Shown here: positions 11,301 to 23,425 of the stretch, in pieces
Numbering within the stretch: the first letter of the stretch is position 1
Layout of the letters: every line of letters starts with the position of its first letter
Origin: Lytechinus pictus
Lineage: Eukaryota
Length of the DNA: 64,000 nt
Direction: 5' to 3'
NCBI RefSeq assembly: GCF_037042905.1
Contig: NC_087247.1
Span: 25,978,001 to 26,042,000, forward strand
Made by a program: the position numbers and the translations under genes
The notes under the pieces: model-generated
Told to the model about the DNA's origin: nothing
The model's database searches: none
Seen by the model: only the letters and a program-made list of their open reading frames with translations

Positions 11301-14300
11301 CTAGGAAAATGAACAATATGTTTTTAAATACTGAAAAGGTACCATGACGAACAATCATGTGGCCTATGAAAGGGCCCATCACATACCGTCATAGGTCCAT
11401 GATCACATATTGTCCGTGTACGAACAGTCAAACAAATCAATGTGAGTTAAATCCTCCTTTAATGTTTGTTGGGCAACTTACTAATTTCTTCGAAGTAAAA
11501 TGAAGACTGTTCGCTGAGAGACTTTCCCAGCACATTGGAAGAAACTACACGTATTTCAAATGTGTCATAACAGTCTTGACAGCTTGCTTCACATCTATTC
11601 TGTTCTGTAGGCCTATTCCTACACGTTCGCCAAGAATATCTGGATAACGAGAAATCACACTTTTGACTTGCAAATTCAAGTGTATAAAGTTTCGTCTTGA
11701 AGTACTCACATACTAATTTACCACTGGACACTTCTTCTATAATTACTTCATTTGAGTGAATTATTTCACCGAGTAAAACCAGCTCTGATATTTAGCTGAA
11801 ACTAGTAAAAAACTGCATGAGTCTGTTTCTGTTAGGTAACAGACTATTGACAAAATTTATGAAAATATCATTAAATTTGTCGCAAAATTAATTTTCCATC
11901 CATTTTGATTTCCCATACGTATTTATGATGACTGAAAACCCGATTTACTTCTCTTTAAACGCCAGGAAATACTTTTAGTCCCCATCGGTCTCTTCGGGTT
12001 GTTCTTAAACCGGTACGTACATACAGCTTTATCAAACACTTACAATTGTTAAAAATCAGCCAAAATATCTATAGAGGGTCTTTAATACGTTGGACGGATT
12101 TTTGAAAGTCAAACATGAGCGACTTCAGTGAAGGGGGGGGGGGGGGGGTGTTCCAACTTCTCTCTTTCTAAGAAAAGGGATAGTAAGAAATAAACTGACA
12201 AAATAAAATGAAATCATGTTGGACAGGTATTCGTTTGAAATTGAGATTGGATACAAATTACAATTTTAAAGCACAATACTGTATTGCCATATTTGACATC
12301 ACGCCACCATACAATTTGGGCTAACGGATTCGTTTTTCTGTAGTGGATGTATAAACTTCCAGTAGATACAGATATCGTTTCGCAATTTGTAAAATATGAG
12401 ATTTTGTTGCTACTTAAATGTAAGTATTTGATCCAAGGTTAGATATCTCATTTCGAAATGTCCTGCTGCAAATTGATAAGCTATCTCAAGATTTTTTTTT
12501 ATAAATTCGACCACACATGTCATCTCCCGGATATTTTTATTGTTGAAATACCTGCACATTGTGACAGTGTAATATGAACATATCATAACCCCAAAGTTTA
12601 AATCAACCTACTTTGAACTATTATCATAAATCGCCTTTATTATATATCACTCCTGCCACGAACATGCAATTGATAGTTAATGTTGGTTTATGGAAGCAAG
12701 TAATTCACTTTTAATGTAATATTAAGAGTAAGCTCAAGGAGGGATCTGGGTATACCATCAATCATTCCTAAAATGCAAGTTCATAAGTAAGTGATTAATC
12801 GATAAGTGAACTTGTTGTTAAGTATTAAGAAAATATACTTACTCGTTATATGGTTTGAATTCGAGTGTGTCTGTGACAGCTAGATTTGTAGTAGCATGGT
12901 GGCGATTGTCCCATGTGCACCAAAACGTTGTTAACGTTGGGGCCTCGCATGTTATATTGTCCACAGGTTGGGGTGGCGCTAGGTGAGGGGAAAAAGCAAA
13001 TAAGGTCATTTCTTGTTACTTGCACTATCGAAAAATCCCTATTCCAGTGATTCAAGCATTTATCCTATTAATATACGGCATGACATCATGGAGGGGTTGT
13101 TGTGCGTGTGTGTGTGTGTGTGTGTGTGAAGGAGGGTGTCTGCGTGTGTGTTATTATTCCATTGCACCATATAAAATGCTCTATAAATTGATTCAATCAA
13201 ATAATACATAACATGTTTAGATAAAATGTATCAGGTTGAGAGATCAAACTAGATTGAAATTAAAGGAGAAAAGACATACTAAGGAATTGAGCTATTTCGA
13301 ATATAAAATATCGATATTGCAAGATCCGAGGATTAACATGTACGGAACCATACCACACGGTCACAAAAAAAAGCCGAAGTTAAAAGTGATCGAAATAATT
13401 ATTTTGTGTATAATGATTAATTCTCAAAACTTAACTCTCAAAACAACGTTTAAATAACGTTTAAACAAACTTAATTCTTGAAATGTCTATATAGATGTAA
13501 GGGTCAGATATAAGAAACCGTTTTTTTTTGTCATGACCGATTATTTCACGACATTATTTGTTTTACCCAGCTTTAAAACATTAATGCAATAACTTTAAGT
13601 ACTTTTTTAATGTTGTTAAGGTGACCCGGCCTAGCAAACTGAAAAGATCGCAAAAAGACAGAGCTCATCAATAAGAAAATATAATAGTCTTAAAGAAATC
13701 GATATTCAATAAAATCACTGTGAATGTTGATTTGGCAAACCCTCTTAAATGAGCCTTAAGTTAATCTAACATACTGACATAATGGAAATTAAACACCCGA
13801 AAGCTATAGGAGACAGAAATCCTGCCAAATGATATTTAATTGGAGGAACGTGACTACATATAATTACTACAAATTGTGACGTCTCTGTACAAAATTGAGT
13901 ACGTTTAAAGACTTCTCGGCTTATGTTATAAAGTTGTTTTTTTTTCTTTATATACTCTACCAGCACCCTGTCTGCAGTTTTGAATGTTCATGAATTTTAG
14001 AAGATAACTTGCTCGACAGCGATAGGGGTATTGTAGAGATAATTTTCCAGATTAAATTGATTGAATATGAAAGCTTCTATCATTATCCATCAGGGATCAT
14101 CTAAAACCAGATAATTCCTGCACCAATATAACCCTGCTGTGCGTGTTAACTATTAAAATAATATTTTTGACAACCAGTGTTCGACCAACATTTTTGACAA
14201 CCAATGTTCTATTATACTAAAAGTCAGGTCGGTGAACGGCATTTTAGGAGACGTATCCCCCCCCAAAAAAATAAATGAAAGGGCAAAGCTTTTCCTAATG

Positions 14301-17257
14301 AAGTGCGCTTCTTGCGTTTCGAAAATCTACGCAACATGCAGTGACAGATTATACATGTAGAGGAAGATATAGGCTACATAATTGAACAAAATTAACGTTC
14401 ATATCGCATTTTAAAACTTAGTTAAGCTTCAGCTTCTATATACTTTGCAGGATACCCGTAGAAACAACTTAATATGACGATACACAATCTGGTCATAAAC
14501 TTCATTCTTCATGTTGATTTGATGTAAAAAAGAAATATGTTACGTAATATTCATTATTGTACCGGTAGAGAAGGGTGCGAATAAACTTACAAAATCCCAA
14601 CCTTCCAAACATAAAAGTTGTTTTGCGGTAATTTATGGATTAAATTTTGATTGCTTTGTTATCATGAGATCATAAAACACCTTTCAAGGACTTGATAAAT
14701 AAAACATTTGGCAACCGAAAATGTTTGTTACTGTATCCAGCGGCCGTGGAACAGTTTTGAAGGTGTGGGATGCCGAAGTGGGGTCTTACCATGCAACCCC
14801 CAAGCCCCCACACACAATCAGATCGTAATTGTTTATGTTTTTGGACACGTTTATCGGAAAAAGTGGGGGCTGGATCTCTCGGCCTCCCTCCCCCCGTTTC
14901 AGCGGCCACTGGTATCGATATATTAATCTATATTTTGAGAGCAGCTATGAAAATGAACACATCTTTATATCGATTTGCTATATAAGTTGTACCATATTAC
15001 ACTTATTTCTCTCTATATAGTAACATAATTGATTTAGCCAGTTAAAGGGATGGTCCGGGCTGAAAGTGTTTATAGCTTAATAAATAGAGTATAATTCACT
15101 GAGCAAAACAACAAATAACAAAGTTATTAAATTTTAAAGTTTAGCAATATTTTGTGAAAACAGTCGTCATGAATATTCATTAGGTGGGCTGATGATGTCA
15201 CATCACCACTTGTTCTTTTGTATTTTATTATAGGAAATTAGGTTTATTTCCTCGAAGAACTAGAAAAATTGGATTGACAACTGATTTAGTGCATTAGATA
15301 TCTATTGCTGCAACTTATTTCATTATAAGGGATACATATTATTCACACAAGTATGAAATAATAAAAAAAATGTGATTTTATGTAATAACATAAGAAAACG
15401 GAAAGTGGGGATGTGACATCATCAGCCCACCTAATGAATATTCATGACGACTCTTTTCATAAAATATTGCTAAACTGTTAACTTCAATCACTTTATTATT
15501 TGTTATCCGATTTTGATGAAATTTTCGGCATTTTGCTCAGTGAATTCTACTCTATGTATTAAGATTTAAATATTTTCAGCCCGGATCATCCCTTTAAAGA
15601 CTTTTTTTTATCCAGTAACACAAAGTTTAATTCATCCGCTTTTGTCTGAATTGATTTATCAATACATCGGACATACAGAGATAACTTTGGTCAATTATTA
15701 TTTTCTTTACTATTTATCCTTTTATTTATTTATTTGTTTATTTACTCAATTATTTGTTCCTTTAATACATTTGTTTTTCTCATGGAGTAACGTCTTTCTT
15801 CCTGTTAAACTTCTGCAATGCTTTAGATAGTGATAAACATTACATTAAATAGAGTGTCTGCGTTTAAAACTCAGCATGGAGGAATGCATTTTGTGGTGGG
15901 GTTCACAAACAATTGAGCTCAACTGTATTATGTATATGTTGGAGAAGCAAGCATTCGTGCTGGACAGTGCAATATAAAAGTTAAAAATGAAATTTCATAA
16001 TTTCACAAAATGAAGAAAAAGGTGTAAGAGCAGAGAAACGAAAGCCAGATGACTAACAAAGAATGACATGATGATGGATTGGAAATATCAGATAACAAAT
16101 AAAGTGCATGAATAAAAACATAAATACATTTCGTAGTTAAATGCATATAAAAATTGAAAAATAACATATATTAGAAACCTTTTCCACAAAATGCAACGGC
16201 TAATTCGATATAGACCTTTTATATAGAGGGTACAATCCTTAATCACAATAAAAAAATTCAAACCCCAAAATAAATAATAAACAAACAATTTTTCAAGTTT
16301 ATATAGTATTTACATGCATCTACTTCAGTTTCGTTACAAAGTAGGTCTAACGTTAAAATGATTGTAGAGTATTTTAGAATAGATCTAATATTTTATCTTT
16401 TCTGATGGTCCGTTGAAAACACTCACTTTTTATTTCTTATTTCCACCCGTCTTTTTACTTTGTCATTTTTTACCAAATAAATTGGGTCATTAACTTACTT
16501 CCGATAAACACGTGGACGCCGGGCCTTCTCGACCGATCGTCATCATCTTTGAATTGGCAGTAGTATTTTCCTGCGTCTTCGATTGTGACATTATGCAAAT
16601 GAAGAAGTGACGTCGATGCATTGGGCGTGGTGTATTGAGATGCTGGGATAGGGGTGGAGCCTTTTCTCCATTGTATTGACTGTGATGATCTATTCTCGTT
16701 CTTTCCGTGATGAAGGGTGCAGGAGAGAGTAAGAGAACTTCCGACCTGGATTTCAGGGTCTATAGGATCGAGTGAAGCTAGAGGGACAAAGATAAACAAA
16801 AAAAAAGAAGAGAGAGAAAGAAAAATTGATGAGAACTCAGCATTACTTCGTTCAGTTGATCTGAAATTCAGGAGAGAGAGAGAGAGGGGGGGGGGGGGGA
16901 AGGAGGGTTGAAAGATGATGAGTTGGATGAAGGGTAGTTTAGAAACCAATATTGGTGTACGCTGCCATATTGTCGGACATTCTGTGGACTATAGAGTAGT
17001 TTGATCAATGACGTTTCCAAGGTATACTGGACGTTTATTGTAAACTTTTTTTTTTATTTATTTTTTTAAACCCTTCCACAGGGGTCCTTTATTGAAATCA
17101 CTGTAATACATATTTTTTGACAATACATGATTGAATGATTAACACAGTATATGACACACAAGTTGAATATGTACAATACAATATTCCATGAAATTGTCGT
17201 AACATTTGTATTAAAAAAAGCAAAATCAAAGTGCAAAGGAAAGAAAAAATCCATACA

Positions 17258-17309
<52 letters not shown>

Positions 17310-20300
17310 TTTAGAATGATATCTGAGAGACTTAATGTAATAAAGTAAAAGATGACCACCTTTTTATGAATTTCTTCTCTTTCAGATTTGTTATATATAT
17401 ATACTATACGATTGAAACATGTGAAAAGTATAAGATTTTCAGAACAAGAAATGAACCTTCTTATCCATGAAATTTTTAATGATTTGGAATGGATAAAAAT
17501 ATGAGTCATCCTAACACCACCCTCACTATACGGTTGACACATTTGTTTCCTACTTATTTTATCAGGTTTGCCTTCCCATATAAAGTCGTAAAAACATCGG
17601 TGAATATCATTCATAATTTCTAATTTTGGTTCTGGAAAAGATAAAAACAAGTAATTCAATTTCGGTATAAATATAGATTTAACAATGGTTACCCTCCCTA
17701 AGGGAGTCAAAGATCTTTTTCGCCATACCGCCATCTGACGTTTTATTTCTTTAAACTTTTCTTGATAATTGTAATCGACCATTTTTGATAGTTCAACTGA
17801 AAAGTCTATACCTAGGTACCTAAAATATCCTTCCGAAATCCAGTTCAGTTTGTACTCGTGTAAAATCTCTTTTTTGAAAGTTCTATTCTTCCCAATCCAT
17901 ATCACCTGGGTTTTAGTTATGTTAATTTTGAGGTTGGATATTTTTTCAAATTCATCAAGTGTATCAAGGGCACATTTTAAATCTTGTTCTGAACCATTGA
18001 GTGTCAAAAGGGTATCACCTGCATATTGTAACACTTTAAGTGTTTTCCCATTAATATGCATTCCCTCTAGTTTGTCTGAGTGTCGAATTAAAATACCAAG
18101 AATCTCACTGACTAACAAAAAAAGATAGGGAGATAAAGGATCTCCTTGACGACACCCTCTTCCTATATTAAACCTATTTGCACAATATCCGTTAACTAAC
18201 ACATTGTAAACTTCCTCTATTCATTTTATCTCTATGTATTTTCTTGTAAATCAAATTGATTGAAATAATGATACTGAAAGGAACAATATAATAAGACTGA
18301 GATAAGCCCTTTGACTTTCAGCCCTTACTTTTAGAGAGTGAATAGCTAGGTTTGATTATTGAATTAGAAAAAAAAACCCGCTTAGATGCTCCCTATATGT
18401 ATGCTCCCATGTATTCCTTTACATATATTTCAATATTTTTTCTATCCTAACTTTTTGAGGGGTTCACATTTTACAAGCTTTGCTTTTCAGTGGACCCCTC
18501 CATTCTTCTCATGATATATGATTATATTGATTTAATTATATTTAATTATATTGATTATATTGATTTAAATATATTTGAATCACTTATTGAATATGTATAT
18601 TATTTATTCAATGTTGAATTTTGTTCATGCTTTTATTTGAATTGAATTGATTTATCATGTAATTATTTGTATTATGTTGAAGAATGAAAATAAATTGAAT
18701 TGAATTGAATTGAATATATAGCTTCAGCCTCAATGTATATGATACTCCAAAAATTAGGTGAGGCATAATTCTCATTACCGGGTTCCTCGGAGAAGACCCA
18801 ATGCCATCGCGCAACCAAAGGACCGACCCTCCGACGCGTCGGCCCTCTGGTTGCTTATCGACAAGCATTTTGTACTTTCTAAGGGGCTTTCACATCGAAG
18901 GTTGCGTAGAGTTGCGTAGAGTTACGTAGAGTTGCGTAGAGACTACGCAACACTACGCCGCCATTTGTTTTGCATACGCTAGTCTACGCAAGTGGGTACG
19001 CGGGAGGAACGCAGACAATTAAACATGTTTAATTTCTTGGCAAACTGTTGGCGTAGAGCCAGAGAACGCAGGACATACGCAAGCCTACGCAACACTACGC
19101 AACTGTACGCCACTCCTACGCAACACTACGCCAAAATGCCCCGGTTTCTCAAAACGCCTTTTTTGGAATGGCGTAGTGTTGCGTATAGACCGAAGTAGAC
19201 TTGCGTAGACCTGGCGTACAGTTGCGTATAGTTGCTAATCATTGGTATACTCATGCTGGATCCTACTGTTTCTCATCAGGTTTTTGCTGATTGTGCATGC
19301 AGTCAGTCACGACAAAAGCTCTACCATAACCAAATCAGCAGTCCACTTAATTTGAATGCTTGATTGTTCTGTCCATATTAATGCAAGATGCCAAAAAATA
19401 AGACCAAGAGGGGCAAGAAATCTCCTGTTTCAAGTGACCAAGGTGGAGATTCCCCTGCACCACAATCTAAACATAGTGATGCCGCTCGCGACGAAAATCC
19501 AAAACAACAGAAGAAAAAGAGACAGGCAAAACAATCAAGGTACTAATGGATAATTCGTTTTTCCATTCCAATCATAAAGAAGCGAAAACGGAAATCAGCC
19601 CCGTGGTTCGGTTTTTGAAAACACAACGAGAAAAACGTGTTGTGATTTCGTTTTTGTAGATTAAAAACAGAAAATTGAAATTAGAAATATTTAGTGGGCT
19701 TTTTCTGATTTCTCATTCTAAATTTGTGGTTTTATATAGCAAATACAAAATCAGAACACGGTTTCAGCTCTGTGGTTCTGTTTGCAAAAAACGCAAAAAG
19801 CAAATCGCAACACGCTTTCTGCTCCGTGATTCTGTTTTCGGACAACCTCACCGCAAACATCAAACTTGATGTCGGCTCTCTGATTTCTGATTTACTTTTC
19901 GTTCATCAAGCTTTTATTTTATTTTATTTTCAGTTTGGGCGGAGGTCAGTGGCGTAATGAGACTAAAGTTTTCGGGGCAAGACACGACAAAAGGGCAAAA
20001 TGATTTCAAATTAAGTGAGTGATCGAGGGAAGCGAGCGAGCCAAAAATAGCTTTTTAATACATAAATCAATTTGTTATGATGGATTTTTTCATGATGTTT
20101 AAACCATATATCCAGTGGCGTACCGTGGGTCACGTCATGGGGGGGGGGGGGACCAGCAACATTTTTGAGTCACTAAGCGCGCTCAGTTGCCAGGTATATA
20201 CTGACCCAATAGAGACATTTTAAGGACAGTGCCATTAAACGGATATTATCTCACTGATCACATAACATGTGTTTATATTCAGACCTCAAAAGGGACATTA

Positions 20301-23300
20301 TCAGCAAATTTTTGTAATCATGATACGTACCTGTCTCTCAAAACAAACAAGGCGAGCGCGAAGCTCGAGCTGAAATTTTTATATATTGACCCCAAACAGG
20401 GACAGTTTAAGGACTATATTTTAGGAAACCATTAAGAGTTTACATATCTCACCTCAGTCATCTAATGCGAGTGCCAAGCGCAGGTAGATTTTTTAGTAGA
20501 ATTACATCTAAACCCATGAAGCACTTGTAGTCATTGTAATCATGATTAACATACGCATCTCAATCAAATATTGCGAGCGCGAAGCGCGAGCTGAAAATTT
20601 AGAAAAGTTAGGAAACCTGAAGAGGGGAATTTTAAGGATTGTTTGTACAATTTCACGAAGATCATACGTATTTCACTAATCGAATGATGCGAGCGCGAAG
20701 CGCGAGCTGAAATTTTTGTATATATTGACCTCAAACAGGGATATTTTAAGGACTATTTTTTTAGGAATCCATTAAGAATATCTCACCATAGTCATCCAAT
20801 GCGAGTGCCAAGCGCTTGCTGATTTTGTTAGAATTACATCTAAGCACATGAAGCACTTTTTGTAGTCATTGTAATCATCATTATCATACGCATCACACTA
20901 ATCAAATATTACGAGCGCGAATCGTGATCTGAAAATCTAAGAAATTCAGACCTGAAGAGGGGAATTCCAGGGCTTGTTTGTAGGAATTCACTAATGTATT
21001 TCACTAACCAAATGATGCGAGCGCGAAGTGCGAGCTGAAAATATTTGATATTCAAATCAGAACAATTGACATTTTAAGGACTGAATTTAGGAATTCATGA
21101 AAAGCAGACATATCTCACCAATCCACTAATGCGAATGTAAGCACGGACAGGAAATGTTTTATATTAAGACCTTAAAATGGGGCGATCACTTTAAGTAGTC
21201 ATGAAAAAGAAGCATTTGTCACTACATAAAACAATATTAACTTGAAGTGTGAGGAAATATATTTGGTATATATTGACTTGAAAACGGGAGGTTTTAGTAC
21301 AAAAGGGTTATATATCTCATTAAACCGACAAAGCGAGCACCAGGAACAATGAAGACATAGGCCCTGAGCAAATTATATCATAAAGTTATGGAAAAATGTT
21401 TCTTATGTAATATAGCATAATTGAAATATAATACAACATTATAATGAACAATAATTTCTTCTTTCCCATTAGGTTTCTCTTACTTTCTCCCTCTTTTTCT
21501 CCTTTTCCCCGTTTTTTTTTTTTTTTTTTTTTTTTTTTTTGGGGGGGGGGGCACGTGCCCCCCATGCCCCCCGTAGTTACGCCACTGCATATATCACTTG
21601 CAAAAATTTGATTTATCTAATTAAAAGGCTATTTTTGGCTCGATCGCTTCCCTCGGTCACATCATTTAAAAGTAATTTAGCCCATTATGTCATGTCTTCC
21701 CCCAAAAACTTTAGAATGGACTAAACAGACAACTCATTACATTTTTATACTACTTCACAGCAGTGCAGTGTTCCGGACAGCAGCAAAGAGTTGCTTGAGA
21801 AGTTTATAAAGCAGGGAATGATATAGGCCTACTGTATTTTGTTTCCGCAAAGATGCCATACGCAACCGTATACGCAACGCTACGTAGACACGTTACGCAA
21901 CACTATGCTCTCCTATATACGCAGGGACTACGCCGATGAATACGCAGCGAATTTTCGCGTACTCCCTACGCAACTCTACGTAACTCTACGCAACTCTACG
22001 CAACCTTCGGTGTGAAAGCCCCTTTAGCAGTTGAGTGAAATAAAAACCAATATCCTACTCATTAATGGTGTTAAGAGGGATTCGAATTTCCAACACGGAT
22101 TGGGATGGTGGTCGCAAAAAGTACGTTCACTACCTATTCCTGAAATATTTAAATTATAACAATGTATTACCCAGAAGACTTAATTTTGAAGGTTTGTTCG
22201 CATGAATCATCATAATATTGACCTCTATCTTCATTTCCAGTATCAACAACATGATATTCCTTGACAGAACGCATCATAAAATACCAATATCATGAATATC
22301 ACGTGTGTGTCACCATGGACCTACTAGAGGTCCATGGTGTCACAGACGACGTTGTGGTTTAGTTGGGTGTTTAATGCTAAGAAAACTGGTGGTAATCTCG
22401 TAATGTTGACGGACAATTAAATTTTCCGAATGGAAACATCAATTTTATTACATGCAATTGCCATTTCTGATTAAAGCCATAATGATGGACTGCACTTTTA
22501 AGGTAAATGGCACAGCGGTTGTTTTAGCCTATTTTTCTATATTCGGAAACGTACATACTTTAAAAGTCATGATTGTGACGATTCTACTATTCGGTATAAT
22601 CCATACAGAATGTTTTTAAATGATTATAGAATACACTATTTAACCAAACCAAAAATAGCATGATTAAAGCATGAAAACGTCCATACTTTATCATTCATGT
22701 TGCGATTTTACTATTAGGTGTAATTCATGCAGAATGTTTTTAAATGATATAGAATAAACTATTTAATCAAACCAAATATAGCATGATTATCAATTATTTA
22801 AGAAGGCGGTCAGATATCTCGAATGGACATTAATGAAGAGGACAATGTCTATTTTTTAGAGCTGTGTAGGGTAGCTAAGAAAATCTATATCATTGCGCTG
22901 GCGGACAATAATTATCTTCGGCTATATTGTCTGTATATTATCACTCTTCTGTTTTTTGGTATATTGTATCATTATTTCATAAAGCGAACCGATCTTTATC
23001 AATGATAAAATACAGGTACTTGAAAAGCAGATAAACTAAAGATGTGACCAAAAAAGATAAGGTAGAGCCGGTTATGGTAGGCTGATATTGTTTTATTTTT
23101 GTTCTTCAATCATAGAAAATGATAAAAAATAAAAATTATGACTCACCCAAACCCCAACAAACACCATTAATAGACGCCATGACCATGGCCCCAGATTGGA
23201 TATCATTATTAGATATTATATAACAGTAAAATATGATATACGTATTTGATAGACTTGTATAAAAACTATTAAAAAAATCCCAAACCAAGAACTGCCACCA

Positions 23301-23425
23301 TCAAAAATCGGGGGTGAAAAGAAAACGAAGAAGCAAAGGAACTTACCAGATATACTTTCTCCACATTGTATTCGAAAAATGCACAGCACTGCCAGGAGTA
23401 AATGGCCGATTCCACAAGATGACAT
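3825..23425 (-). CDS. Class I (gp130/Domeless-like) cytokine receptor, 10 coding exons, ~1038 aa: complement(join(3825..5393,5883..6055,6755..6937,7294..7518,9504..9651,10585..10751,11482..11639,12843..12978,16499..16777,23347..23425))
   Basis: All introns GT-AG with consistent phases (1,1,2,1,0,1,1,1,0); 3117 nt open to TAA. Domain order: signal peptide, Ig-like, PPQPVDNITC-x9-CTW cytokine-receptor N-domain, FN3 ending TWS, extra FN3, hydrophobic TM, Pro-rich Box1, long Tyr-containing tail. Confidence 0.85.
5883..6055 (-). CDS. Cytokine receptor exon 9, transmembrane helix and Box1
   Basis: AMIVSAITLCQVMFIIGLGLCCW followed by KKNPRLPQPYIPP; GTGAGT donor. Confidence 0.85.
6755..6937 (-). CDS. 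Cytokine receptor exon 8, FN3 D4 C-half
   Basis: YTLINSEAGQSYLVWVSAVNTRGEGP FN3 motif; GTAAGT donor. Confidence 0.85.
7294..7518 (-). CDS. Cytokine receptor exon 7, FN3 D4 N-half plus insert
   Basis: APSAAPRNLT...ISVTWFPVDPMEENGIIFGYMI FN3 motif. Confidence 0.85.
9504..9651 (-). CDS. Cytokine receptor exon 6, second half of D3 (WSXWS position reads MKTWS)
   Basis: YTLCDLRSYSTYEVMV...MKTWSKHVTERT FN3 pattern; phases 0/1 match neighbours. Confidence 0.85.
10019..10283 (+). mobile_element. tRNA-derived SINE
   Basis: A box TGGTCCAGTGG, B box GTTCGAATCC, non-tRNA body, (AAACAG)n tail. Confidence 0.8.
10585..10751 (-). CDS. Cytokine receptor exon 5, first half of FN3 D3
   Basis: IRPNPVTDLSV...LTASWQDPVGW...YSIRYR...WTE; tttacAG acceptor, GTAAGT donor. 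Confidence 0.85.
11482..11639 (-). CDS. Cytokine receptor exon 4, second half of D2
   Basis: YSWRTC...NRC...FEIRVVSSNVLGKSLSE; canonical splice sites. Confidence 0.85.
12843..12978 (-). CDS. Cytokine receptor exon 3, first half of cytokine-binding domain D2
   Basis: Spliced frame TPPQPVDNITCEAPTLTTFWCTWDNR (C-x9-C-x-W signature); this is a different frame from the ORF track. Confidence 0.85.
14738..14911. mobile_element. Short CAG..CTG MITE with 5-bp TSD
   Basis: CAGCGGCCGTGGAAC / GTTTCAGCGGCCACTG; TSD GTATC; related to the 44324 element. Confidence 0.7.
15046..15593. mobile_element. TTAA-targeting (Kolobok-like) palindromic MITE, copy 1
   Basis: TTAA|AGGGATGGTCCGGGCTGAAA ... TTTCAGCCCGGATCATCCCT|TTAA; long internal inverted repeat. 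Confidence 0.85.
16499..16777 (-). CDS. Cytokine receptor exon 2, Ig-like domain
   Basis: VGSSLTLSC...IQW...LHLHNVTIEDAGKYYC Ig motif; polypyrimidine/AG acceptor and GTAAGT donor. Confidence 0.9.
17045..18205 (-). mobile_element. 5'-truncated non-LTR retrotransposon (L1/Tx1-like RT fragment) with poly(A) tail, in receptor intron 1
   Basis: GCRQGDPLSPYLF, LQYAGDT (YADD decayed), LKINITKT, FRYLGI, GRVTIVKS; T-run at 17046-17067. Confidence 0.85.
18290..18715 (+). mobile_element. LINE 3' end fragment with stem-loop and (TTGAA)n tail
   Basis: GAGGGGTTCAC...GTGGACCCCTC hairpin, AATAAA, TTGAA repeats. Confidence 0.55.
19948..21740. mobile_element. Long-TIR MITE (CAGTGGCGTAATGAG...) nested in the 18882 element
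   Basis: GAAGCGAGCGAGCCAAAAATAGC at ~20030 vs GCTATTTTTGGCTCGATCGCTTC at ~21630; right terminus decayed. Confidence 0.6.
20113..21587 (+). mobile_element. hAT-type non-autonomous element, copy 1
   Basis: TIR CAGTGGCGTA/TACGCCACTG; perfect 8-bp TSD CATATATC; internal GCGAGCGCGAAGCGCGAGCTG repeats. Confidence 0.9.
23347..23425 (-). CDS. Cytokine receptor coding exon 1 (signal peptide MSSCGIGHLLLAVLCIFRIQCGESIS)
   Basis: ATG at 23425, hydrophobic core, GTAAGT donor in phase 1 matching the Ig exon; an acceptor (ttttattcAG) at 23467-23468 suggests a further upstream UTR exon. Confidence 0.75.

Larger units (their letters stand above)
18882..22023. mobile_element. Non-autonomous Harbinger-like element carrying nested insertions
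   Basis: ~60-bp TIR AGGGGCTTTCACATCGAAGGTTGCGTAGAGTTGCGTAGAG / reverse complement at ~21965-22023; CTACGCAA subterminal repeats; CTA and TTA flanks. Confidence 0.85.

Noticed and set aside
17066-17400. Hydrophobic C-terminal extension of the 378-aa RT ORF
   Set aside because: Read-through into AT-rich 3' sequence and an (AT)n microsatellite; not a real RT-membrane fusion.
18810-18855. GC-rich hairpin (GCAACCA...GGACCGAC/GTCGGCCC...TGGTTGC), with a similar one near 57790-57825
   Set aside because: No ribozyme or ncRNA consensus recognised; most likely an internal palindrome of an unclassified repeat.
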